Shown piece by piece: positions 8,403 to 16,911 of a DNA stretch of 64,000 nt. Made by a program: the position numbers and the translations under genes. The stretch comes from an uncultured Desulfosarcina sp. Lineage in GTDB: Bacteria; Desulfobacterota; Desulfobacteria; Desulfobacterales; Desulfosarcinaceae. Below the pieces are notes generated by a model. It saw only the letters and a list, made by a program, of their open reading frames with translations. It was not told the DNA's origin and searched no databases. Each line of letters opens with the position of its first letter. The stretch's first letter is position 1. The DNA lies in NCBI GenBank assembly GCA_963674945.2, contig CAXXWQ010000002.1, forward strand, positions 608,001 to 672,000, written 5' to 3'.

Positions 8403-11093
8403 ATGAGTCGTTTCATCGAAAAAAATTTTTGTCGGTGTTCGGTTCTGGTGTTGGAAACGATCGCTCATCTCCTGTCGATTGTCGGGCTGGGAAAATATTA
8501 CCGCTATTTCACTGCCGCGCTGATACGACAAAGCGGTCTATTTGATGATGCCTATTATCTGAAGAACAATCCCGACGTGGAGAAGGACGGATACGATCCG
8601 TTGCGGCATTATGTCGCCTATGGGGACAGGGAGAATCGTCTTCCCATGCCCCTTTTCGACCCGGCCTATTATCGTCGAAATGCCATTCAAAATCGTCCCG
8701 GTAATGTCAATACCCTGCTTCACTACAGGCTGGTGGGCCGGTTTCGGGGCATACCGACCAGTCCCTGGTTCGACACCGCCTACTATCTTTCCACGAATCG
8801 GGATGTAAAATTCAAGGGGGTAGACCCGCTCTCCCATTACCTGAAATATGGCGGGCGGGAGGGTCGGTCACCCTGCGCCACATTCGATGGCGCCAATTAT
8901 CTGCTGTCCCATCCTGATGTTGCCAGGGCGGGCGTCAATCCGCTGTTTCACCATTTGGGTTGCACCCAGGTGAAACAGGAGTCGACGTCGGAACTGCCGG
9001 TTGTGAAGATCTGTCGCGACCACAGTGGTGAACCTCCATCTGCGTTTCAGTGGAAAGTGCTCTCACCACTGAGAATCCATGGCCGACCGCTTGTCGATAT
9101 TATCGTTCCCGTTTACAAGGGGCGAACCGAGACGTTGCGCTGTATCTTCAATGTATTGCGCTTTGTTCAGAAAACCCCCTTCGCATTGGTGGTGATCAAC
9201 GATGCCAGTCCGGACCGGCGCCTTGCCGCCGAATTGGCCGATTTGTCCCGAACCCATGGATTTACCTGCATCGAAAACAAGACGAATATGGGATACGTCC
9301 GATCGGTGAACATGGGAATGAAGCTTCATCCGAAGCGGGACGTGGTATTGCTCAACGCCGATACGCAACCGTGCAACGACTGGTTGGACCGTCTTCGGAC
9401 CGCTGCCGATCGGGATCCTCGCATCGCCACGGTTACCCCGTTGTCCAACAATGCCACGATTTGCAGCTATCCGGTATTTGACAGCGACAATCCCTGTCCC
9501 ATCGAGATTTCCAGTGCCCACCTCGATCATATTGCCCGGAATGCCAATCCCGGCGTTTCCATCGAGACGCCAACGGCCGTGGGGTTCTGCATGTACATCA
9601 AGCGGGCCTGTCTGGACGACATCGGGCTCTTCGACGAATCGGCGTTTTCACGCGGATACGGGGAAGAGAACGACTTTTGTCAACGCGCCATCCGTTCCCG
9701 TTGGAAGCATGTGATCGCGACGGATGTCTTCGTCTGGCACTGGGGGGCACGATCTTTCAAGGGCCAGAAGGGGCGCCGGATCAGAAAAGCCCTCAAGATC
9801 CTGAAACGGCGATATCCCAACTACATGTCGGATGTCGCCGCATTCGTGGCCAAAGATCCCCTGCTGCCTGCCAGGCGGAGAATGGACGAGGCGCGCCTTT
9901 CCCAACAGATTGAAAAACAAAACGTTTTGGTGATTACCCACAACCGGGGCGGGGGAACACAGCGTAGCATCATCGAAAACGGCCAGCGTTTGCAAGACAA
10001 AGGCATGGGACTGTTTTTCTTAACGCCCTCGGGCGGTCGCCATCAGGCAAGGTTGTCATCCGTTCATGCCTGTCTTCTGCCGAATCTTCCACCCGTCGAC
10101 TTTCGCAAACCCAGCTCCTTTTTTTACGTTCTAAAAAGGTTTCAAATCACTCATATCCACGTTCACCAGCTGGTGGATCTGGGCGACGCCGCGCCTCGGG
10201 TCATTGCCGCCTGTGCCGATCAGGCAGGAGTACAACTGGATGTGTTTGTTCATGATTATCAGTCCATATGTCCCCGCATCAATATGGTCGATTCCACCGG
10301 TGTCTACTGTAAGAGTCCGGCGGAAAACATGTGCAATGCCTGTTTGAAGAAAAAAACGCCGGATGTGTTTTTCCGGCGGCGGGTTGATATTCTCACCTGG
10401 CGAAATGGATACGGCCGTTTGTTTGAAGCCGCTTCGGCGGTGAATGTCCCCAATGAGGATGTAAAGGACCGTTTGAATCACTGGTTTCCAACGGTACCGA
10501 TACATGTTCGGCCGCCGGAACCACCGATCCTTTTGCCTCGGACAAAATTGCACCGTTCCATTCGACCGGGAACTTCCATTCGCATCGTCGTTGTGGGGGC
10601 CATCGTGCCCATCAAAGGCTTTTATGTTCTCAAGGCCTGTGCCAAGGATGCTTTCAGGCGCCATCTTCCCATCGAATATGTCGTCATGGGGTTTACCAAG
10701 GACGACGCTTCATTGAAAAGAGTCGGCGTCACCATAACCGGCCGGTATATGGACCATGAAGGCGTACAAACCCTTCAGTCCCTGTCTCCCGATTTGGTCT
10801 GGCTGCCTTCCATATGGCCGGAAACCTATTCATACACCCTGAGCCTGGCCCTTTCCGCCGGTGCCGACATCGCCGCCTTTGATCTTGGTGCCATCCCCCG
10901 CCGATTACGGGCGGCCGGAAAAGGGGAATTTTTGCAGCCGCTGGATTGGATTCGACGGCCGTTCCGGATCAACGACGAGTTTGTAACGATCAGAAGCAGA
11001 AGGATCCGGGAAAATCTGGTCAGACTCTCCTTTTTTAATTCTTCCGGAAACGATCATGAGGCCCGCGCGTATGCCAAGGGGGTGGGGATGTGA
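8403..11093 (+). CDS. Multidomain glycosyltransferase (N-terminal FDxxYYLxxNPDV repeats, GT2, C-terminal GT-B-like)
   Basis: IIVPVY…INDAS…N.GY, LLNADT, GYGEENDF; C-terminal KG…PSIWPETYSYTLS. Confidence 0.85.
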   Translation: MSRFIEKNFCRCSVLVLETIAHLLSIVGLGKYYRYFTAALIRQSGLFDDAYYLKNNPDVEKDGYDPLRHYVAYGDRENRLPMPLFDPAYYRRNAIQNRPGNVNTLLHYRLVGRFRGIPTSPWFDTAYYLSTNRDVKFKGVDPLSHYLKYGGREGRSPCATFDGANYLLSHPDVARAGVNPLFHHLGCTQVKQESTSELPVVKICRDHSGEPPSAFQWKVLSPLRIHGRPLVDIIVPVYKGRTETLRCIFNVLRFVQKTPFALVVINDASPDRRLAAELADLSRTHGFTCIENKTNMGYVRSVNMGMKLHPKRDVVLLNADTQPCNDWLDRLRTAADRDPRIATVTPLSNNATICSYPVFDSDNPCPIEISSAHLDHIARNANPGVSIETPTAVGFCMYIKRACLDDIGLFDESAFSRGYGEENDFCQRAIRSRWKHVIATDVFVWHWGARSFKGQKGRRIRKALKILKRRYPNYMSDVAAFVAKDPLLPARRRMDEARLSQQIEKQNVLVITHNRGGGTQRSIIENGQRLQDKGMGLFFLTPSGGRHQARLSSVHACLLPNLPPVDFRKPSSFFYVLKRFQITHIHVHQLVDLGDAAPRVIAACADQAGVQLDVFVHDYQSICPRINMVDSTGVYCKSPAENMCNACLKKKTPDVFFRRRVDILTWRNGYGRLFEAASAVNVPNEDVKDRLNHWFPTVPIHVRPPEPPILLPRTKLHRSIRPGTSIRIVVVGAIVPIKGFYVLKACAKDAFRRHLPIEYVVMGFTKDDASLKRVGVTITGRYMDHEGVQTLQSLSPDLVWLPSIWPETYSYTLSLALSAGADIAAFDLGAIPRRLRAAGKGEFLQPLDWIRRPFRINDEFVTIRSRRIRENLVRLSFFNSSGNDHEARAYAKGVGM

Positions 11094-11153
11094 GTGTGGG
11101 GAACAGATGAACGTTGACCATTGAATGTTGTGATCGCAAGCATTTTGACAAGA

Positions 11154-11301
11154 GAATTCAGGAGACGAAAATCAGAATCCAGGAGTCAGAAGTCAGAATC
11201 CAGAATGTGGATTCGCCTTCGGCTCAATCGATTTAAATAACGATGGAGCGAAGCGACAACCTATCTATTCTGGCTTCTGACTCCTGGATTCTGTATTCTG
11301 G
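11154..11301. repeat. Empty heptamer-arm palindromic element
   Basis: Left arm and GGATTCGCCTTCGGCTCAATC, 12-nt spacer GATTTAAATAAC, GATGGAGCGAAGCGACAAC and reverse arm. Confidence 0.92.
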
Positions 11302-11306
11302 TTTTT

Positions 11307-12374
11307 ATGCCTCTTTCACCCCGATATCCTTCGATAACTTCGCCTTTCCGTTCCCTGCTTTCCCGATTTTTCGAAACCGTCGCCGGCGGCAAGGGCCTTC
11401 TTCGGCCGCTTTCGGGTCGTGGCGATCTAAGGCCGAAACGTGTCGTGATTCTATCACCGGGCGCAATCCCCACCACGGACATCTACCTCACGAAACGGTT
11501 CCGGGGAAATTTCGTCGATACCGTTCGAACCGTGGATACGCTGCTCCAGCGGCCGGCGGCGGTTGTTGTCGGCGAAACGCCCATCATGATCGTGGTGGTC
11601 CGATACGCTCCGTTGCCATGGCTCAGATGGGTGGCGCGACGCCAGGCGGCAGGTGACTTCGTGGTCTATTTTATGGATGACGACATGCCCATGACCACCC
11701 GTTCACCCGAACTCCCCTTCTCCTATGCCGTGAAAACCGGTTGGCGGTATGCCATGACAAAAAGATCCCTGTGCCGCCATTGCAATGAGATTTGGCTCTC
11801 AACCGCCGCGTTGGCGCGGCGATATCCCGAATCTGCGGCACGGGTCATAGAACCGGTTTTTATGGTTCCCGGAGAAACGAATACCAACGGGCCGGTCTAT
11901 TTTTACCATGGTACCAGGGCGCATCGATGGGAGATGCAATGGCTTGTACCGGTGGTAAAGGCCGTACAGCAGGAGTCTCCCCATGCGTGGTTTGAAATCA
12001 TGGGGAACCATCGGGTCCGGCGACTCTTCAAGGGGATTCCCCGGGTTCGGGTGATTCATCCCATGCCTTGGCCGGATTATCTTGAATACACCGGTTGCTG
12101 CCGTTTTCAGGTCGGTCTGGCACCGTGTATGGATACATCCTTCAACCGGGGACGCTCTCACACGAAGGTATTCGATATCACGCGCATGGGGGCTGCCGGC
12201 ATTTATTCGTCGGGGATTGTCTATGGTAATACGGTGGTTCATGGACAGACCGGCCTTCTATGCAGAAATCACCAAAAAAGATGGGTCGCGGCAATCCTTT
12301 TGTTGTTCGCGGATCCGTCGCTGCGGGATCGCCTGTATCGCGGGGCGCTGGAGTGGTGTGAGGAACGACAGTAA
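11307..12374 (+). CDS. Glycosyltransferase (GT-B/GT4-like)
   Basis: YFMDDD, VGLAP.MDT.FNRGRS.TK, G.TGLL motifs; start codon uncertain. Confidence 0.7.
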   Translation: MPLSPRYPSITSPFRSLLSRFFETVAGGKGLLRPLSGRGDLRPKRVVILSPGAIPTTDIYLTKRFRGNFVDTVRTVDTLLQRPAAVVVGETPIMIVVVRYAPLPWLRWVARRQAAGDFVVYFMDDDMPMTTRSPELPFSYAVKTGWRYAMTKRSLCRHCNEIWLSTAALARRYPESAARVIEPVFMVPGETNTNGPVYFYHGTRAHRWEMQWLVPVVKAVQQESPHAWFEIMGNHRVRRLFKGIPRVRVIHPMPWPDYLEYTGCCRFQVGLAPCMDTSFNRGRSHTKVFDITRMGAAGIYSSGIVYGNTVVHGQTGLLCRNHQKRWVAAILLLFADPSLRDRLYRGALEWCEERQ

Positions 12375-12479
12375 CAAAAAATTCCAATAAACAAATTCCA
12401 AATCACAAATAAATTCCAATGACCAAATAACAAAACAGCAGAATTCAGGAGTCAGAAGTCAGAATCCAGAAGGTGGATT

Positions 12480-12605
12480 AGTTGTATTCAAACCGGGTGC
12501 TTTGCACCCGGAATCACCCCGAACGATGAAAGCACTAACGTGCTTTTGGATATCCGGCCCATGGCCGAATATCCAAGTCACCCGCTTTGCGGGTGATCGT
12601 TGACG
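12480..12605. other. 126-bp multi-hairpin insertion inside the P motif
   Basis: Four stems: CCGGGTGC/GCACCCGG, AAAGCAC/GTGCTTT, TTGGATAT…ATATCCAA, TCACCCGC/GCGGGTGA; second copy at 23463-23588. Confidence 0.75.
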
Positions 12606-12653
12606 CGCCTTTGGCTCAATCATAAATAAAGAGCTGGAAATCCAGAATGTAGA

Positions 12654-13017
12654 ATGAAACGAGCACCGGCAAAAATTTTCAGGACTTGATTGTATGGCAA
12701 AAAGCGCATCAATTTGTTTTGGCTGTGTATCGCTATAGTGAATCATTCCCTAAGAATGAGATTTATGGGCTGACTTCACAATTGAGAAGATCCGCTGTTT
12801 CAATTCCAGCGAACATCGCAGAAGGATTCAAGAAAAAGACCAGGCCAGACAAGGCAAGGTTTTTAAATATAGCACAGGGCTCCCTTGAAGAGACACGGTA
12901 CTATCTATTTTGGCAGCAGATCTCGGTTATGGTGAAAATGTTGAATTGGCAAACCAACTTCGGGAGATCAGTAAATTGCTGGAAGGTTACCTTTCTTCCA
13001 TTTTGCATTCTGTATAG
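12654..13017 (+). pseudogene. Four-helix-bundle gene with two 1-bp deletions (copy 2)
   Basis: A5 instead of A6 near codon 7 and a missing C in TATCT(C)ATT versus the intact copy; EIYGLTSQLRRSAVSIPANIAEG and GSLEE retained. Confidence 0.88.
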
Positions 13018-13060
13018 AGGCAACGGTAATATTCAAATTGAAGGAGCGAAGCGACACCTT

Positions 13061-13249
13061 CTCCTGGCTCCTGGCTCCTGGCTCCTGGCTCCTGGCTCCT
13101 GGCTCCTGGCTCCTGGCTCCTGGCTCCTGGCTCCTGGCTCCTGGCTCCTGGCTCCTGGCTCCTGGCTCCTGGCTCCTGGCTCCTGGCTCCTGGCTCCTGG
13201 CTCCTGGCTCCTGGCTCCTGGCTCCTGGCTCCTGGCTCCTGGCTCCTGG
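13061..13249 (+). repeat. Perfect tandem heptamer (CTCCTGG)27
   Basis: 189 bp counted directly. Confidence 0.97.
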
Positions 13250-13319
13250 ATTCTGACTCCTGGATTCTGAATTCTACAGTTTTGTGGTTAAAAAAAGTTA
13301 CCTGAAAACACAATCAATC

Positions 13320-15401
13320 ATGGAAAATAATAACAGTCCCACTCCCATCATCGGCACCTTTTCACGGGGGCTTGTTACTAGACGGCACCTCGGCGCCGCA
13401 TTGGGCGGCCGGGTCCTGCGATTGGGAAGGCATAACGACGGTACTGCCCTGTCTGCCGTTGTTGGCTGGGGACGAAAGGACAACACGAATCGGGCAAGGA
13501 GTTTCGCAGCCAACGCCGGTTTGCCGTACATCTGTATCGAAGACGGGTTTATTCGATCCATCGGCCTGGGTGTGAACAATGCACAGCCATTCGGCTTCAT
13601 CGTCGATACATCCGCCATCTACTACGATGCGACCCGGCCATCGGACCTGGAAATCCTCATTCAAAGCAACGGCGAGGGGGGGGGGGACCTTGATCGCGCA
13701 CGCAGGCTCATGGCCCGCATCGTGAAGGAACAGATCTACAAGTACAACCACGTCTGGGACAGCGTTCGTCTGCCACAGACCCGTCGACCACGAATCCTCC
13801 TCATTGACCAGACCCGGGGTGACCTCTCCGTCACGTATGGGATGGCCGGCGCCGACAGCTTCCGGCAAATGCTGGATTCTGCCAGAAAGCGATATCCGGA
13901 TGGCGCCTTTTTCGTCAAGACGCATCCGGACGTCATTGCGGGAAAGAAAAAGGGGTATCTGCTCGATGACCTGCCGGCCGATGTCATGCGAATCGGAGAT
14001 GACTGTAACCCCTACGCCCTGCTCCATCAGGTTGACCACGTCTATACGGTGTCCAGCCAGATGGGATTCGAAGCGCTCCTGGCGGGAAAACCGGTGACAT
14101 GTTTCGGAATGCCCTTCTACGCCGGATGGGGGGTGACGGAGGATCGGGTTCACTGTGCGCGCAGGGGCGTCACCCGTTCCATGGAAGCGCTTTTTGACGC
14201 CGCCTATCTGAAGTACGTTCGATACGTGGATCCGTTGACAGGGGATCCTTGCGAGCTGGAGCAGATTCTCGACAGAATCGTTTTTCACAAACAGGTGGCA
14301 CTGGAAAACAAAGGCAAGGTGTTTTGTTTCGGGTTTCGTTTCTGGAAAAGGGGGATCATCAACCGGTTTCTGGATGCATCCGATGCCGATGTCCGGTTTA
14401 CGAGGCGTCCGGAGACGGCCGAACGGACAGGACTCGATGGCGAGAGTCGCATCGCCGTCTGGGGCCTTCGCAATGATACCGGTGTCATGAAACTGGCCAC
14501 GCGCCATGGGATTCGGGTGGAGCGGATCGAGGACGGGTTTATCCGATCCGTCGGTTTGGGATCCGATTTCGCTCCTCCCTCGTCCCTTATCGTGGATCGT
14601 CGGGGCATCTATTTCGATCCCCGTCGTCCCAGCGAGTTGGAGAACCTTCTCAACACGGTGGTCCTCGATGGAAACGCCAGAAAAGCGGCCCGTCGATTGC
14701 GGCGATCCATCATTGCATTGGGGATGAGCAAATACAACACGGGCTGCAATGAACCGCTGCACGTGGACGCGCAACCGGACCAACCGGTCGTCCTCGTTCC
14801 CGGGCAGGTGGAAGACGATGCCTCCATCCAGGCGGGCTGCGTGGATATTCGGACCAACATCGGCCTCCTCAAAGCGGTCCGCCGCCAATCTCCCGATGCA
14901 TACATCATTTACAAACCCCATCCCGATGTCCTGGCGGGCAATCGTCGCGGGTTCATTCCCAAGGATCGTGCGCTTTCCCATTGTGACAGAATTGTGACAG
15001 ACCGGAATATCATCCAATGTCTGGATCGTGTTGACCAGGTCCATACCCTGACCTCCCTGACGGGGTTCGAGGCGCTGTTACGGGATAAGGCCGTTTTCAC
15101 TTACGGGCGTCCCTTCTATTCCGGATGGGGGCTCACCGTTGACCGTCATCCCTCACCGCGCCGCACACGTAGTTTGACCATAGATGAACTGGTTTATTGC
15201 AGTCTGATTCTTTATCCGCGCTACTACGATTGGGATGCCCGCTGTTTCGTTCAGGCGGAGGATGTCGTCGAAAAACTTCGCAAACAACTGCTCAGCCGCG
15301 ACCTTTCCATCAAACCATCCGTGCACCGGCATCTTCGCCGCAAGGCCCTGTTTCTTATGGAGGATCTGCGCGAGGCAATGGGGACGATACGGATCAAATG
15401 A
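13320..15401 (+). CDS. kpsC: Capsule beta-Kdo transferase KpsC
   Basis: Two homologous halves, each with EDGFIRS.GLG, YYD/YFD…PS.LE, KYN, K.HPD, S..GFEALL, PFY.GWG. Confidence 0.93.
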   Translation: MENNNSPTPIIGTFSRGLVTRRHLGAALGGRVLRLGRHNDGTALSAVVGWGRKDNTNRARSFAANAGLPYICIEDGFIRSIGLGVNNAQPFGFIVDTSAIYYDATRPSDLEILIQSNGEGGGDLDRARRLMARIVKEQIYKYNHVWDSVRLPQTRRPRILLIDQTRGDLSVTYGMAGADSFRQMLDSARKRYPDGAFFVKTHPDVIAGKKKGYLLDDLPADVMRIGDDCNPYALLHQVDHVYTVSSQMGFEALLAGKPVTCFGMPFYAGWGVTEDRVHCARRGVTRSMEALFDAAYLKYVRYVDPLTGDPCELEQILDRIVFHKQVALENKGKVFCFGFRFWKRGIINRFLDASDADVRFTRRPETAERTGLDGESRIAVWGLRNDTGVMKLATRHGIRVERIEDGFIRSVGLGSDFAPPSSLIVDRRGIYFDPRRPSELENLLNTVVLDGNARKAARRLRRSIIALGMSKYNTGCNEPLHVDAQPDQPVVLVPGQVEDDASIQAGCVDIRTNIGLLKAVRRQSPDAYIIYKPHPDVLAGNRRGFIPKDRALSHCDRIVTDRNIIQCLDRVDQVHTLTSLTGFEALLRDKAVFTYGRPFYSGWGLTVDRHPSPRRTRSLTIDELVYCSLILYPRYYDWDARCFVQAEDVVEKLRKQLLSRDLSIKPSVHRHLRRKALFLMEDLREAMGTIRIK

Positions 15402-15406
15402 TATAT

Positions 15407-15622
15407 AAATCTCAAATCACAAGCAACAAATAGCAAACAAACGCCAAATTTCAATGACCAAACAACAAACGGATCACATAACTAAATATGAAATTTTCAT
15501 CTTACCGATCGGGTTGTTTGGAATTTGAAAAATTGTTTATTGGGATTTGTTTGTGATTTGGAATTTGGTTATTGTGATTTCTTTATAGCGGAGCGCAGCG
15601 ACAGCATAGCCATCCTGGCTCC
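15407..15622. repeat. A-rich/T-rich inverted arm pair plus S motif
   Basis: AAATCTCAAATCACAA…CAAACAACAAAC (15407-15470) versus GTTGTTTGGAATTTG…TTGTGATTTC (15513-15581); GGAGCGCAGCGACAGC follows. Confidence 0.75.
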
Positions 15623-15702
15623 TTTTCCCTTGAGGAAGTCGGATCGGATGTGGTAAAGATACCGTTTGGTAATTTTTTATAGAGCAGCGCATTTCCCGAA
15701 AA

Positions 15703-16911
15703 GTGAATGAATGCATGATCGGATCGGTCAAAAATAAAAATTGTCTGCTGCTGCAAGGGCCCATGGGCCCTTTTTTTCGCAAGTTGGACAAGGAACTTCG
15801 CCGCCGCGGCGCAAATGTGCACCGCATCTGCTTCAATGGCGGTGACTTTCTGTATGCCAACAAGGACAATTGCCGCAACTTTACCGGAACCCCGGAGAAA
15901 TGGCCCTTTTTTATTGCCCGTTTCCTGAAAAAACACCGTATCCAAATGATTTTTCTTTACGGGGACTGCCGGTACTATCACAAACAGGCCAAATTGGCTG
16001 CCGCCGGATTGGGTATAGACGTCTATGTGTTCGAAGAGGGGTATGTCCGTCCCAATTTCATCACCCTCGAAAAGGGTGGGGTGAATGCCCACAGCAGCAT
16101 GCCGGCCGAGGCTGACGATTATCGCAACGATACGCCATCAAAACCCGTCGTCCATAACCAGGATGTCGGCAGATACGCTTTTCAGAACTGGACCCTTTGT
16201 ACAATCGCCTACTATGTGGCCATGCGGCTTCTCTTCTGGTACTATCCCGGCTACCGTCATCACCGCGACGATTCCGTTTTAAAGGAAGCCTTTTACGGCA
16301 TTCGAAACGGCTGTCGGAAGATCGCCCACGGCATCGTGGAGCGGAATCTGGCTGCCTTCATATCGACAAAGCTTACCAAACGGTACTTTTTCGTACCCCT
16401 GCAGACCATCGGTGATTTCCAGATCAGCGAATATTCCCCCTTCGTCGATATGAAGGACTTTATCGGGGTCGTGATGCGATCATTCGCCGTCCATGCGCCC
16501 AAAGATCTGTTTTTAATCATCAAGCACCATCCCTTGGACCGGGGGCGTGTCAACTACAATGCCCATATCCGAAAGGCCGCCAAAAGCCTGGGCATCGCCG
16601 ACCGTGTCCTCTCCATCCATGACGTGCATCTTCCCACCTGCCTGATGCATGCCATTGGAACGGTTACCGTCAACAGTACCGTGGGAATCGCCTCCCTGTT
16701 TCACGAAACGCCGACAATCGTATTGGGAAAGGCACTTTACGATATTGACGGGCTCACCTGCAAGGGAATGGCCCTTGAGCGATTCTGGACCCGGTGCCGA
16801 ACTCCCGAAAAGCAGCTGTTCAACCGTTTTCGAGCCCGCCTCATCGAACAGACCCAGTGCAAGGGGTCTTTCTACAGTGGCTTTCCCGGAACTCTTTTTA
16901 AAAGCGTATGA
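15703..16911 (+). CDS. kpsS: Capsule Kdo transferase KpsS
   Basis: LLLQGPMGPFF, FEEGYVRP.FITLE.GGVN, PLQ…DFQ, KHHPLDRG, NSTVG, G.ALYD. Confidence 0.93.
   Translation: MNECMIGSVKNKNCLLLQGPMGPFFRKLDKELRRRGANVHRICFNGGDFLYANKDNCRNFTGTPEKWPFFIARFLKKHRIQMIFLYGDCRYYHKQAKLAAAGLGIDVYVFEEGYVRPNFITLEKGGVNAHSSMPAEADDYRNDTPSKPVVHNQDVGRYAFQNWTLCTIAYYVAMRLLFWYYPGYRHHRDDSVLKEAFYGIRNGCRKIAHGIVERNLAAFISTKLTKRYFFVPLQTIGDFQISEYSPFVDMKDFIGVVMRSFAVHAPKDLFLIIKHHPLDRGRVNYNAHIRKAAKSLGIADRVLSIHDVHLPTCLMHAIGTVTVNSTVGIASLFHETPTIVLGKALYDIDGLTCKGMALERFWTRCRTPEKQLFNRFRARLIEQTQCKGSFYSGFPGTLFKSV

Larger units (their letters stand above)
12379..13275. repeat. Filled heptamer-arm element (copy 2) with expanded right arm
   Basis: A-rich arm, heptamer arm from 12441, interrupted P motif, four-helix-bundle pseudogene, S motif, (CTCCTGG)27. 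Confidence 0.9.

Noticed and set aside
12480..12605. tRNA, given the multi-hairpin fold
   Set aside because: No T-loop or D-loop consensus, no acceptor stem or CCA, and too long
12654..13017. 23S rRNA gene around the IVS-type protein
   Set aside because: Flanks are glycosyltransferase and kpsC genes; no rRNA sequence recognised anywhere in the window
12987..13313. ORFs with LLAPGSW / SQEPGAR repeats (also 23971-24382)
   Set aside because: Translations of the stop-free (CTCCTGG)n arrays in several frames; not credible proteins
13362..15044. Long minus-strand ORFs (also 6579-7730, 18009-19067, 5159-5938, 37027-37950)
   Set aside because: Antisense shadows of well-supported + strand genes in GC-rich sequence
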